A stretch of DNA of 61,130 nucleotides, counting the filler, from Ionaspis alba (lineage: Eukaryota): NCBI GenBank assembly GCA_964255285.1. It is 8 parts of 8 records of this genome, joined end to end, with 100 filler letters (N's around TTAATTAATTAA, not from the genome) between each part and the next. Parts side by side here need not be neighbours in the genome. Positions count along the whole stretch, not along the records: positions 23,091 to 30,662 come from CAXUUL010000822.1; positions 30,763 to 38,332 come from CAXUUL010000823.1; 6 more parts are not named here. The stretch is one strand, 5' to 3'. The translations under genes and the position numbers were made by a program. Below, in pieces: positions 23,821 through 37,017 of the stretch. Numbering within the stretch: position 1 is the first letter of the stretch; every line of letters begins with the position of its first letter. The notes beneath the pieces are model-generated. The model was not told the origin of the DNA, searched no databases, and saw only the letters and a program-made list of their open reading frames with translations.

Positions 23821-26800
23821 TCAAACATTACCTGCATTATTCCCCATTAGCACAACCACTCCCCAACCCAAGGTAAAGAAAAGCCAAACTCACCAATAAC
23901 AACCATAAACCTCAACTTCCCCTCCTTATTCCTCCCGCCCTCTTCATACCCCATAATGCCATCATCCAGCACCATGTTACTACTCTTCCACCCCCAGCTC
24001 TGGCTAAAATTGAACTTATCCGGCGCACTCTCATACACACTCAGCATCCTCCCCCCTTTGCTCGGCGTATAGATCTTGAAATAAGTCTTGATTGTCGGCC
24101 TCCCGTCGACATATGGCGGTAGGGCCGAAACCTTGAGTTTCTTGTTGTTCGAAGCCGTCAGCGTATCCATTTCGTCGTCCGTGTCAGGGGTGCCGGTGCC
24201 GAAAGCGCGGTCGGGGAGGCTGGAGAGGGTGAGCGTGGCGGGCGTTTCGGAGGCTTTCGTTACGCTTTGGTTGTGGCTGCGGAGGAGACCGCTGAGGGCT
24301 GTGGCTTGTCGCCGGGGTTCGCTATCGATGGAAGAGCCGGGTATCAAGGTGGCGTCGGGGTCTCCACCCGAGCCTGAAGTGTCGTCTTCAGCGAAGGTTC
24401 TCGTGTCAGATTGTTGCTGCTGCTGCTGCTGCTGCCGAGTCCGGGTACCGGTCCGGCGCATTAGCATTTCGCGTTCGAGATGGCCGATGCGCTCGTCCAC
24501 TGTGTTGTGGAAGTAGCCATTGGCGATGGCTTCTTCGGAGCCTTCTCTGTGCCTCTCGCGATGTAAGTAGACACCCAGTTGCGTGTTCTTGGGTGTTTCG
24601 ATTTTTTGGACATATACGTTCCATAGACTTCCGGCATACCAAACAGTAGATGAATACACACGCTTTTTCTCTTTGAGCGCCCTTGGATTTGGGAACTCTG
24701 CTGCAAAACGGAATGGTGGATAATGTGTGTACGAGATCTGAGGACTCGGCTCTGTGGCGACTGAGCGGTGAGGAGTCTGTGGGCGTTCTTGAGCACCGGA
24801 CGCAAAATCTGAAGCCCACTGGACATCATGTGGATCGAGGGATGCCGAAAGTCGAGACATGTGGCGATTCATAGTCGGCCGAACATTGTACGCAGCGAGA
24901 ACAGCTTCAGGATTTCCGCCCATCGGGTAAGTTGCATCCACGTGTGGGATCCAAAATTTCCGTGGCATACCATTGCCGTCCCAGCTACCAGACTCCATGT
25001 CCTCATCTCCAGCTTCGCTCGCCTCTTTCTGGACTTGTTTACCCGCTGCCTTTTCGGATATGTTAGTACCAGAACTTGATGCCCGAAGAGCATTCTCGGC
25101 ATGAGCCTGAGCTTCTGCTGCCGCTTCCTCTGATCGCTGACTGATGTCTAACTCCATGTCCAATTCCCGAGCATTCACGATCTTTTGGCGGAGCTCCATA
25201 GACATCCAGAGGGCATTCGATATAACCTTCTCAGGCATGAGTGGTAAGCCCAGGACATCACGCTGCTCACGAATCTTCTGCAAATGCTCGAAGCTGAGGT
25301 GTATGTAATGAATACCTTCATCGAGCAGAACCAGCAAAGCGGCAATGTCAGGCGACGTGTAAAGCCCAAGCCATGGATCGTACGCCTCTGACGTTCCCCG
25401 ATTACTTGACAGAGCATTCCTTCGGTAGACAGTATCGAACCGTATAGCGAGAAAATTCATCGAATCAGAAGGCACTCTCTTGACCTTACCGTCAGGCTCT
25501 ACCAGACCAGCTTCAAGAGCCCTTGCTTTTAACCTGCGATCCAAAACCCGCTTGGCAAGGATAAATCTCTCCCATTCACCAGGAACGTAGAAACCATCTC
25601 CACCAATAATCTCACGCACAATATCCCCAGGCACGCCGTCCCAGTATCTCAAAGGCATTTCCCATCCTTCACGACAGAGCATAGCCTTCGCAGATCCAAG
25701 GACCCTGTCTCCAGCTTTTCCATAATAGTTACTGGTCACGAATCTTATCATTGAAGCAAGTTTTGCCGGGCACATTTGTCTCAATAGCGATATGATACTG
25801 GACTCGATCACGTCTGCCATGTCGAGCCAGCATGCTGTCGCGAAAAGGCCAACGGCCTCTTTATCCTCCTCTTCGGGATCATGGCAGCCATAGATCCTTC
25901 TGAGAGCCAGTTCAAAGGCTGCTTGTGTGATGTTCGTGTCGATGTCTTCTGGATGTAGCGTGATATCTCTTGATGAGCTCTCGAACCATGGCTCAGAGAG
26001 TGCAGAGGAGAAGAAAGGGGCGCGGTCGAGGAGGAGTCGATGTAACGCGTACTTGGTTCCGAACGCATGGACCGTGATGTCCGAATGTCGGCCGCTGATC
26101 AAGCCGCGAGTGTATAGGTGGCTTGGTAGTGGTGCAGCTTCGGACATGGCTAAAATTGTTAGAAAAGCTATCTCAAGGCATTAGAAGGGCTAGACGTACA
26201 TCTCGTGTACTGAACTCCTGGTGGACCGCGAGGATGGGGTGTTCCTGATGGCGGCGACGAAGAATCTGGAGCCGCGAACAGTCGTGCCAGCGTAGTGGGT
26301 GTGCTATTGTTTCCTCTCCTCTCCGAAGCTCTAGGATCATCCATTGAGCTCGAAGGATCATCGACATCCTTCTCAGCTCGTGCGATACGAGCTTTCCGGA
26401 TCGTCGAAGCTTGGGTCTCGTTCTGCTGATTACTTGATCTCCTCAGGGCGTTTGAAGACGGACTGGTCAAAGCAGACAACGGATGAGGAGAGCTAACAGT
26501 ATGCGGAGCACTCATAGAAGCCTGGGCAGTATTGATCGAAATCGAAGACGTCGGCGGTCCTGAGGAAAAAATAGAACGACTGGGCGTGTTGAACAAGGTT
26601 TGGGGTTGGGGCGATGAGGTCTGAGCAGCTACAAGATCTAACTCAGATGCGGATCTGGGCTGCTGTTCACGAGATGAGGTGCGCCGAATGGGCACGGTGG
26701 GCGGTCCTGCTCCATAGATCGATGGCGAGGACCTCGCGGAGACGGGGGGAAAAGCCCATGAGGAGGACTGGGAGATTGGAAGGCGAGTGGAAGAGGGGGT

Positions 26801-26875
26801 GTTGAGATCAGCAAGGAGGCCGTGTAAGGCATGTGACGAGACTTCGGGCTCATCTGACTCTTCGGGCGCAGCCAT
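23821..26875 (-). CDS. BTB/POZ-domain protein with C-terminal split MATH-like region, 2 introns
   Basis: Disordered exon 1 (from 26875) splices to HLYTRGLISGRHSDITVHAFGTKYALHRLLL; YPPFRFAAEF, WYAGSLWNVY, FSQSWGWKS; last micro-exon G-NV* ends at 23821. Confidence 0.85.
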
Positions 26876-27445
26876 ACTGCTTTGTCAACAGATTGGGAGT
26901 CTCTATTGCAATGTATTTCCGCTTCCAATTAATGGCCAGTCTGGAAGAAATGATGAAGTAGAACTAGGTGGGGTTTCTAGGGTCGTAGGTGGTTATGTAG
27001 GGTGGCGACTATCAAGGCTCGCCAGCTTGTGAAGGAATCTAGACTTTGATAGACAATGACCGGTGAGAGGATAGGGATGGCCCTGTGACGTCGGGGTGCA
27101 GCCGTGCCACTACTGCCGCCAGCATTTTCGGAACCTGATCCGCGCCTGACGACAGTCGTATGATTCGCTTGATTTCAGCATCCATGGTTAGTGAAATCGT
27201 GGTAGTTGCTCCATTGGTATTTGCAGTGAAGTCTGTCGACAGTCGCTAGTTATGAGTATAGAAGTTTGTGTGAAGTCTCTACTCACTACTCGCTACTCGC
27301 GCTGCACAAGCGCTTGTATCTATACTTTTGTTACCAGCTTCTTTTGCAGGTGAATAACCTATATTACAGCACACCTAAGGAAGCGAAACACTCTTCCCAG
27401 CACGTCCCTGCATTTTGTACATTGCAATTGGCGGAGTGTGTGCCA

Positions 27446-29825
27446 TTAGTCTTCAGACCTCTCCAACAACGGCGTCTCCTCTGATCCTCCCTTCTTCCTC
27501 TTCCGTCTTCTCTTCTTCTTCCCGCTCTTACCCTCACTCTCCGCACCCGGCTTGCCGTTCTCCTTCTGATCGTCTGCGACGCCATCTTCTTGTTCCTCAG
27601 CTGGCTTATCATTATTATCTTCGGAACTGCTAGTTGTCTCAAGCACAACCTTTTTGATGCCATTGGAGTAAATAACGTTTTCCGTTATACTGCCTGATCT
27701 TGCACCTTTGGTTTTCTCTGGCATTTTCGATCGAGCACGATCATCACGCGGTAGGGAGCCAACTGTACTGTGAGACTGAGCACTCTCCTCTCGACTAGTC
27801 TGCGGTCGTTTAGAGTCCCTTTGGCTTTTGTCTATGGCTTCAGAATTGATCTGTATAGCTTTGTTGCTCAGTACCGGGGATTTTGGCCCTTTGACTGGAG
27901 CATCCATGCTTCCGTAACCTGACTGTACGGCTTGAACTCCATCTTTGGCGTCCTTACCCGCAGAACTAACCAAACCTTCCCCAACGCCTCCCTGTGGCGC
28001 GGGAGGTAGCACGGTCACCATATCCTCTGCTCCATTTTGACGCTTCGCACTGTCCACCAAGCTGCCTCCCCCAGGCTTGATCTTGACGGTATTATAGCGA
28101 GTTTGTCGAGGTCGACTAGCGAGATTCGATGGTCCTAAATGTTTGAGATGTTCCCGGATGTCTGGAGTTTCGGATCTGCTAAGGTTGTGGTCTCGTTCCG
28201 ACATGCCAGCTATACTTGAAGTCCGGCGCGGTAAGTGTGACATTCGAGGTGAAGATGATAGATCTACACTCTTCTTTTTCTCATTCTGTCCCTGCGTGGC
28301 GGCCAGTTTCCGTACCGCCTCATGAGCCGGAGGCTGTTCGTCGCCAATATCAATGAGGTCTTCCTCGGCTTCCGCAATATTGTCTTTAGGATCAGTCACA
28401 ACCTCTCCCTTAGATACTCGGTATCGAGGTGCAGGAGCCATGCGTCGAATAGCCTTGTGTACATCCACGTAGACATCAGATTCATCGATGATTTCCCTGG
28501 GAGGCTATTAGCTTCTAGTCTCCGCTATAAAAACACGAACGGTACATACTCTCCAATAAGCTCCTCAATAACGTCCTCGAGGGTCACAACTCCGAGTACT
28601 CCGGTATCCTGGGCAGGATGTTCAGAGACCAACACCATATGAGACTTTCCTTCTTGAAAGAAATTGACAATGTCTAAACAACTTGTCTCTGGACTTGTTT
28701 CGGGTAGTGTAGCAAGTGCGAAATCTCGCACAGCTTTACAATCCTCGGGATCGTAGGTGATGAGAATCTTAACCAGCAGCATGCCAATGAAATTCGATGG
28801 ATTGTCAGGAGCATGGATGGGTATGCGAGAATAGCCGGCCGATAAGATAATGTCCATAGTCTTCTCGTCCAGGACCGTGTCTGCAGACATGGTGAAAACA
28901 TCATCAATGGGAGTCATAATGCTTCCGACCGATTTCTCCTTCAGATCGAGAACTGCACTGATGATGGTGACTTCGTCCGAATTCAATTGCTCTCCAGCAG
29001 ACCCAAGGGTTTTATGTAGTGTGACTAGCGTCTTGAGTCCAGCTTTCTTGTACGTTGTACCGTGTTCCTCGCCCAAGAGATAGTCGAGAAGTTTGGCTGT
29101 GGGCCAGGCCACCGGTCCAAGTATGTACATGAGGATCAGGACGAGAGGAGACATCCAGGCGCCAATAGGCAGGCCATACCGAACGCAAATCGATTGAGGG
29201 ATAATCTCACCAAAGATGACTAGATGCATGTCGTCAGCGACCTTGATCATAACTAGCAGATATCAACTTTACCAATGAGAACAGTGGAACCAAGAACAGC
29301 AGGCCATCCACCACCCAGAGAACGATCGAGCACAATTGGCAGCGTCTCGTTGGTGATAACATTCCCGAGCAGCAGAGTGACCAGCACCCAATGTTTCCCC
29401 CTCTTCAGCAGCCTAAGTACTTTCGCAGCATGCTTCTTCTCAGAACCGTCTCCCGAAGTCTTGATGACCTGCAGGTATATTTCGTCCTTCGATCATTAGC
29501 CAGCGTCTCCCTTGTGTGTAGTGTTTCATACCTGGCCCATCAAGGCTATCGTTAAGCCAGCAAAAGCTCCTCCCAGGAGGACCAGCCCTACCGCTACAGA
29601 TAAGTAGATCCATAACGTGGGACTGTCGGAAGGCATTGAGCCTTCCTCGTCCCCTTCCGCAAAGGTAACAAATTGAGGAAATCGCGTCGGTGCAGCTCGA
29701 AGGAAAGGGAGATTGAAAATTCCCAGCATCAGCAGCTTCGCCAATGACATGATGATGGGTGTTCTGGCTACGAGCCCACCAGTACCGGGCCGGGTTGCCA
29801 TGGTGGTTGCTGCTGGTCGAGACAT
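27446..29825 (-). CDS. MAM3: CNNM/DUF21 + CBS-pair metal homeostasis membrane protein
   Basis: [66 protein letters not shown]. Confidence 0.92.
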
Positions 29826-31168
29826 CGAATGACGGAACGCCAGTCGTTTGTTTGACTAGCTTCTGGGAAGGTCGAAGATAGAAATTGAAGAGCTTAGATG
29901 GAATGCTGCACTTCCTGAGGAGTTGGAAGATGCATTGTGCACAATGTACTACAGAGAATAAAGATGAATCGATGTCGTGATGCAGATGAGAAGTGTATGT
30001 GCCAATGACCGTTTAGAAGGCTGGAGAGATGCAGCTCGACCCTAGCGTAGCGGATGACGATCTTAACCAGGGATTTCCCGGATCTCCTCCGAAGCTTAAT
30101 GTTTTTAGCCAAGGAAAACAAACGACTGGCAGGAACGAACTAATTCATTCCCTAGGACAGAGCCGTTGCATCATTGACTTGTTCCTATAAAAATACAAAT
30201 TCACTCTTCGTTTCCGCAACATGGCAGATCAAGACTTGTGGACCAAATGTTTGGATGGCTTAAGATCATGTCTCCTCTCAAAAAAATGATCAAAGACAGT
30301 TGGAAGCGTTTGAATTTTTGACCCTATTAGCTCGCGGGTTATGGAACAAGCTTTGGGGCGTCGAACTTTCTCCGGAAAAGTAGCATCTTACAATCTCAGT
30401 CGTCATATAGAGCAGGTCTCACGTCGGTACCAACGCCTCAGCTTGTGCTATCAATTGAGATCCATAGCCAGCAAAGCTGGAGGTACAGAGCAGGAATATG
30501 ATCAATGAGGCACTGCCACAGTCATCGACCACAGTCCACCAGGCCAAACGACAATGTACTTGTTGCGAGACGTATCAACTATGGATATATACCAGCCAAA
30601 CCCAAAAATGCTAACACTACACATAACCCAATATCCCTTTTCCTTTCCCCTCCCACCTCCAANNNNNNNNNNNNNNNNNNNNNNNNNNNNNNNNNNNNNN
30701 NNNNNNTTAATTAATTAANNNNNNNNNNNNNNNNNNNNNNNNNNNNNNNNNNNNNNNNNNNNTCATGTCCCTGGGGAGGGAGAGGGGAGGGGGAGTTCGG
30801 GGGATTTTTGAAGGAGGGATCGAGGATGCGAAATGAGTGATGATAGTGGGGATTGAGCGGGTGGTGCTTTGGGAGTTTGAGGAGTGGGGTGAGATTAAAT
30901 TAATGGTAGGCGAATAGTGTGGATGGAGATGACGGGTGATTATTTTTGGTTGTATATGAATGATACTGAGGGGTAATGACCTGCTTTCGAGTATATAGTG
31001 TTTAGCTTTGAACCCATGTCAATATAACAGATCACAAATATAAACGTTTGAATGTAATATACGTCGGGCATCAAATCATCAACTATATACAATTTCTTGC
31101 TCCATACATGGCTTCCCATACAAAAACCGGTCTCGATTTCCAACTCTTCTTAGCCCCCATAAGCTTGC

Positions 31169-33106
31169 TTACTTCTTCTCCTTCGGACTCAACATCAACT
31201 CCGGCCTGACATACTTATCAAAGTCCTCCTCACTCAACGCCTTCAACTCCATCGCACTCTGTTTGAGCGTCAACCCCTTCTTATGCGCGTTCTTGGCGAC
31301 CTTCGAGGCCATATCATATCCGATGACCGGATTAAGACACGTCACAAGCATCAAACTACCACGCTTCATCAGCCCCATTTTTCGTCCTCAAACCACCATT
31401 CAGAATCTAAGCAGGAAGAAACCACCTACCTCTCATGCAACAACGTCCGAATCCTCTTCTCATCCGCCTTGATCCCTTCCACCAAGTTCTTCTCAAAACT
31501 CGCCATCCCATCACTCAGGATCCTGATACTATGCAACACATTCCTCACCACGACCGGCTTAAAAACATTCAACTCAAACTGGCCGCCCATCCCGCCCACC
31601 GTAACCGCCACACAGTTCCCCATCACCTGCGCACAAACCATAGTCAACGCCTCACACTGCGTCGGATTCACCTTGCCAGGCATGATACTACTCCCCGGCT
31701 CGTTTTCGGGGAGTTGCAACTCGGCCAATCCGCAGCGCGGGCCCGAGCCAAGGAATCGCACGTCCTGGGCGATTTTGAAGAGGGAGCAGGCGAGGGTGTT
31801 GAGCGCACCCGAACATTCGACCAGAGCGTCGTGCGAGGCGAGGGCTTCGAATTTGTTGGGGGCGGTGGTGAAGGTGGTGCCGGTGGTGCGGGAGATTTCG
31901 GCGGCGATGGCGGTGTCGAAGCCCGCGAAGGTGTTCAGGCCTGTGCCGACTGCTGTGCCGCCTTGAGCGAGGTAGCGGAGGCGGGGGAGGGTGGATTCGA
32001 TGCGCTGGATGCCGAAGGTGAGTTGGGTGACGTAGCCGGAGAATTCTTGGCCGAGGGTCAGCGGTGTGGCGTCTTGGAGATGGGTGCGCCCGATTTTGAT
32101 GATGGAGGCGAATTGCTGAGCTTTTTGGTCGAGGGCGTCGCGGAGGGAGGTGAGGGCGGGGAGGAGGGATTGCTCGAGTTCGAGGACTGTGGCGATGTGC
32201 ATTACCGTTGGGAAGGAGTCGTTGGACGAGGCGGACATGTTGACGTGGTCGTTGGGGTGGACGGGGGTTTTGGAGCCTTTGGTGCCGCCGAGGATTTCGA
32301 TGGCGCGGTTGGAGATTACTTCGTTCGCGTTCATGTTTGATTGCGTGCCGGAGCCGGTTTGCCAGACGACGAGGGGGAAGTGGTCGAGGAGGGTGAGGGA
32401 GGCGACTTCGGAGGAGGCTTGTTGAATGGCTTTGCCGATTTTGGGGTCTGGATAGAGATGAGTGGATGGGTGTGGAATTGGGTGGAGGAGGAGGAGGGTA
32501 TACCGAGGCCGTAGGTCATGTTGACCGTTGCTGCTGCTCCTTTGAGGATTCCGAAGGCGCGGATGACGGGTGGGGGCATGCGATCTTGAGGTTGGTTGAT
32601 CTTGAAGTTTTCCAAGGATCTAAAAGAATGTGTATCAGTGCGTGTTCAACGACGACATCCAATGCTATGCTTGTCTTCTAATTAGGCTGGGAATATTACC
32701 TCTCTGTTTGAGCTCCCCAATATTTGTCTGCCGGCACCTGCCCCCGCATCAGATCGTGGATCTTTCAATGAAGTTGTTTGTGCGAGTGTACTTGGATCTC
32801 TCCAAAGGCATCACTCTCTGTGCGGTATTCTGTAGACTGAGGCATCAAATATGTCAGCGGTCAAGATCCAAGCTATGACACTGGCGGTTGGCATCGAGGT
32901 GCCAGGAAGCTACTGACCATCTTCGTTGAGGTAGAAAACGTCCTGGGTAGAATTGCTTGTAACCTCTTCTCTTTACAGCCGTAGGTTGGTCTCTTTGTTG
33001 CTATTGCTGTCGGCCTCTGCACCGTTGAAAAAGCAAGAATTTGGGTCGAAGCTCTCGACGCGGGCAGTTGAGTCCTAGTCGATATCCGAGGGAGGATGAG
33101 GAGCAT
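31169..33106 (-). CDS. FUM1: Fumarate hydratase class II, mitochondrial precursor, multi-exon
   Basis: [60 protein letters not shown]; alternative upstream ATG (MVRAG) possible. Confidence 0.96.
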
Positions 33107-36100
33107 GTGAAGCTGCGCGGTGCCCGCTCGTACCATCGTACCTACTCGAATTGGCTTGTGACGACTCAATTGATCAACTCCAATACAGGCAAGGACAATT
33201 GACTCCTCTCCAGAGCTCTTGCGCGACTTTCTGGAGTTGTCTCCATGGAGCCAATCACGAGCATTCGCCGGGATTCCCCGCAAAAAAAGAAATGATCGGG
33301 CCTTTTCGGAAAGGGTATGACGAACCTTGCTTATGTTATGGGATAAATGCTGGGCTTTTGCCTTGGCGCTGTTGCCTGAGGCTTTAACAATCCCATACGC
33401 AAAAAAACAATCCTGATCATGCGATGGTGAGGACATCGCGTTGAGGATTAATTATTGGTCACTTTCGTCAGCATCCACAGAGTATTGAAATCCCATTTTA
33501 CAGACCCTTCCGAGGTCGTTATAGACACTTTGAGTGGTGTTGCTTATTCATACGAATCATCATAAATAATAGTGTCTGACAGTATCGCCTTCATGTATTG
33601 TTTTTCTACCAGATTGACTTTGATGGGCTTCATCGCTAGAGAAAAAAGAATCCGTTGAGCATAGTTTTATGCCTTGACGGCTGTTTGTGTCGGCAGGGTT
33701 GGACGTGTACCTGCGTGAGACTGAAAAACTGTTCCGCACTGTATAAATGGCAGCTTCTGTGCCCCAACATCAATACTATAAGCGGTGCCTGAATTTTCTT
33801 TGCCTTGTTGGATCATGATAGGAGCACAGGAAGAACCCCCTATGCTCAACATTATTATTATTGGCCTTCCAATGTGGGTCATCTATCGTGTCACAATTCT
33901 GAACCCATGTCATGGGAGTGTCTCCCTCTATTGGATCCTTCCAGTAGATCTCCTGCTGACCCTGGCTTCTATCTACCTGACTAGAGAATGACCGAAGCTC
34001 GACATGACAATTTGTCTGGAGTCGTCCGAGTTCAAACACGACATTGCCGTTGCCAGCCTCTTACGTTCCACGACAGGGACTCGTCTGCTACCATCCGAGT
34101 GGTGCCACAGCAGCTGGATCACATGTACTTACTCTACACGAGCAAAGTCCCACAGCGGAGTTGTCTCTCACTCAACCAAGAGGATGCGAGTGGATCCAAC
34201 ATGGTAGGAAGAGACCTGATGACACTGTTTTTGCCACTGTTGTCGTGCTCAGCGTTAGACCAACCATCTGAGTCACGGGTACCAAGTCTGTGGCTAAGCT
34301 GAAGTATCACTCATGTCATCATAGACAGGCCAGAGACAAGTTTCTTAGGCCATCTCAAGGGACAGTGACCTTCTCGGCGCTATGCCTTCTAAAAAGGCTC
34401 TTGGCGGCTTAGTGACAGACGGCAGCACATGACTTTGATCCATGGAGGCTGACCGAGAATAATGTGATTTGACGCTGACAGAAATGGGATACCATCACCG
34501 TTCCGGTTAGAGAAACATGGTACATCAATGTAACATATCACACTACAGCCTGATTCATCCGGAAAGTGGCTATCCTGCGGCGTCATCCTCCATTTATTAT
34601 TATTATTGTGATGATGATGATAACGCGTGTGAAAGGCAAAACTCTGGGGCTTGCTCGGTTGCCTAGCCGTAGCTACAAGATTCCAGATCCACAGACTCCA
34701 CGACTCAGCCATGATTTTCTTCCCACATGCAAAGCGTCCAGTGGCGAAGCAGGAACGCGAGTGTTGATCTATTCTGAAACGATCATGCAAGGCATCAATC
34801 TTCAGCCCAGAAGCTAGTGATTGCGGTGCTGAAAGCTTCCATGGTTCTATGATTTGTCGCTGGTTTACCCTTCTGGAACTGCCCCCGCCACATTTTTGGC
34901 TTCGCTTTCGTGCTGCCCACCGAGTGTACTGATCTGAGAAAGAGAGATCTCCGATCATCACGGGACACGCAGGGGGAGGATCGTAGTAATGCAGGAGTGG
35001 AGCTGGAGTGTGGAAGTGGGAAGTTGTAGTGGAGGGTGGAAGGGTCGGATGGGTGAATGCTGATCCGAAAAAGTTCTCTGCTGAGAGGTGTTTGACTCAT
35101 ACTCGTAGCTGCTTGCTGGGGGTTTGCCGCCAATCCAACTGTCGTCCTTGCCGGCGAATCACCGACGAGCTCCCTCAGCTGTGGAGCGGGGTGACTTGGC
35201 CCACTTGCTGCTCGCCAGCACACCCTCCAGAAGTTAATCCTTTCCTTTCGCCATCGTTCCCTCTCCTCGTCCATCTCAACAATGATCACGAATTGATCTT
35301 TCACTTGGGCATCATCGACGATGCTGTTTCGACATCTATTAAAGAGTGCATATAATCTCCAGATTGCGAGAAAGAAACGAATGTTCGACTCGAGACGGTA
35401 GATCACTCATTCTCACGTATGCGCATGATTCTGTAATTTCGAGTTCAAGGGACCATACCCCTTATCCTCATCGACATGTTTGCGACCGTCGCCTACAATA
35501 ATGAATGTTCCTCCTCCACGACCAACCATATTAGCAAGTCCGTAGACCAAACATCCCAACATCAAGCACTACTGCCTACCCCTTTGCGACAATGAACACA
35601 GAGGAGAGCATGATGAATGGCGTAGAAGTATTGGCATTAAGATTGATCATGATTACTCGGCGCATAACCACGGCGGTTGCTCAGCATAGAAGAAAAAGAA
35701 GTGGCCAACTAGGCCGAGAGGCTGGCGGCGGAGGGTTTGTGTGTCATATTCCTAGAATCGGGGGGGGGCGAGGGAGCGAGCGAGTCGAGAGAGCTTCCGC
35801 CTGGTTATCATCGCCTGCGTCGCCCATCCATTCTACTCCTCAAAGAACCATGAGTCGCCACAGTGAATACCACGCTTTTGGTTGCTGCCAAATAATACGA
35901 ATTTAATTCAAAGTCTTTTCCTCGTGTCGACAGCAACCAGCAGTTCTGCGTCACACTCTCCACTCCGTCCGCAGTGCTCTTGTTGTTTGCCATCTCTTGC
36001 GAGTTTCCGCAAGCATCCTCGCGGTAAGACAAAGCCCTTCACCCCTAGGATACCGCCAGGCTCCGCCCTTCAGCAACAAAAAGACTCATACTTCGTACAG

Positions 36101-36464
36101 TCACGCCTTCAAGGCTCCAGTCCGCCAATTCACAAACTTCCTCCTTTTTATCTGATCCTATTATAACCGCAACTTCCTCTTTCGCCTCCTTGATACTCAA
36201 AACGCTTCCAAAACCCTCTCCTTCCGCCCACCTGCGACACCATTGGCCGACTCCCAACCACTGCTCGCAGACTCACATTCACATCCAACCTTCCTCTATT
36301 CACTCATCGAGCCTCCATGATCCTCTATCTCTCACTTTTATAATAAATTACTTAAAAAAGAGAAAGCAACTGTCAACTCGATAGCTCAACTGATCTAGGT
36401 GGCCGTCACTTGCAGTCACCTTCTTCGTGGTCATACTCTGTTTGCCACTGGAAGATCAGTCACA

Positions 36465-36575
36465 ATGTGTCAATTCTCGCTTCTCAACAGATCAACCCCA
36501 GTTCCAGTCACCCGTGGTCCAAAGTCCATCGTCACCGTATCGAAAGTCATACCTCAGGAAACCGCTCCGTGCTGA
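36465..36575 (+). promoter_or_regulatory. Candidate 36-aa upstream ORF in cyclin 5' leader
   Basis: CACAATG context; MCQFSLLNRSTPVPVTRGPKSIVTVSKVIPQETAPC*. Confidence 0.55.
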
Positions 36576-37017
36576 ATCGGTCGCGATTCTACGACTACAC
36601 CTTGCGACTGCTACATAGTGGTTGATAAGGTCCTTTCACCTCTACGACTATCGTCCTACGGTTTCTCACGATCGGATTTGCATACACGGGTGACTGGAGT
36701 TGGCTCTGGTTCTAGGAACTCAACCTCAGGAACAATTGCTCAACCTACACTCCTTGAATCAGTCTTTCAGTTCCCGTTACTCTTTCAGTACCTACTGTTG
36801 TTACCAGGTACCCACCTCGACAACCTCCCAACTTGGTCCAGATTTCTGTCAAGATTCCTACGGTCACGACGATCACCGACGTTCTCGTGGACCTTCCCAT
36901 TAATCTACTCAAAGGTCATCTCCTAAAACTATATTTTATATTTACTGCTGCGACTCAGGCTTGATCTATTGTGTCTTACTGGCTTCAGCTTGCGGGTCTC
37001 CAATTAGGACCAGCAGG

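Noticed and set aside
31150..31175. SKL-encoding bases just past the FUM1 stop as a cryptic PTS1
   Set aside because: Out of frame and not followed by a stop; no TGA-CTA read-through context
31283..32340. Long plus-strand ORFs (227 and 301 aa) opposite FUM1
   Set aside because: Antisense shadows caused by skewed codon usage; no recognisable motifs
33400..35950. Many 60-200 aa ORFs between FUM1 and the cyclin; likewise 12000-15300
   Set aside because: Mutually overlapping, atypical composition, no family motifs; treated as non-coding
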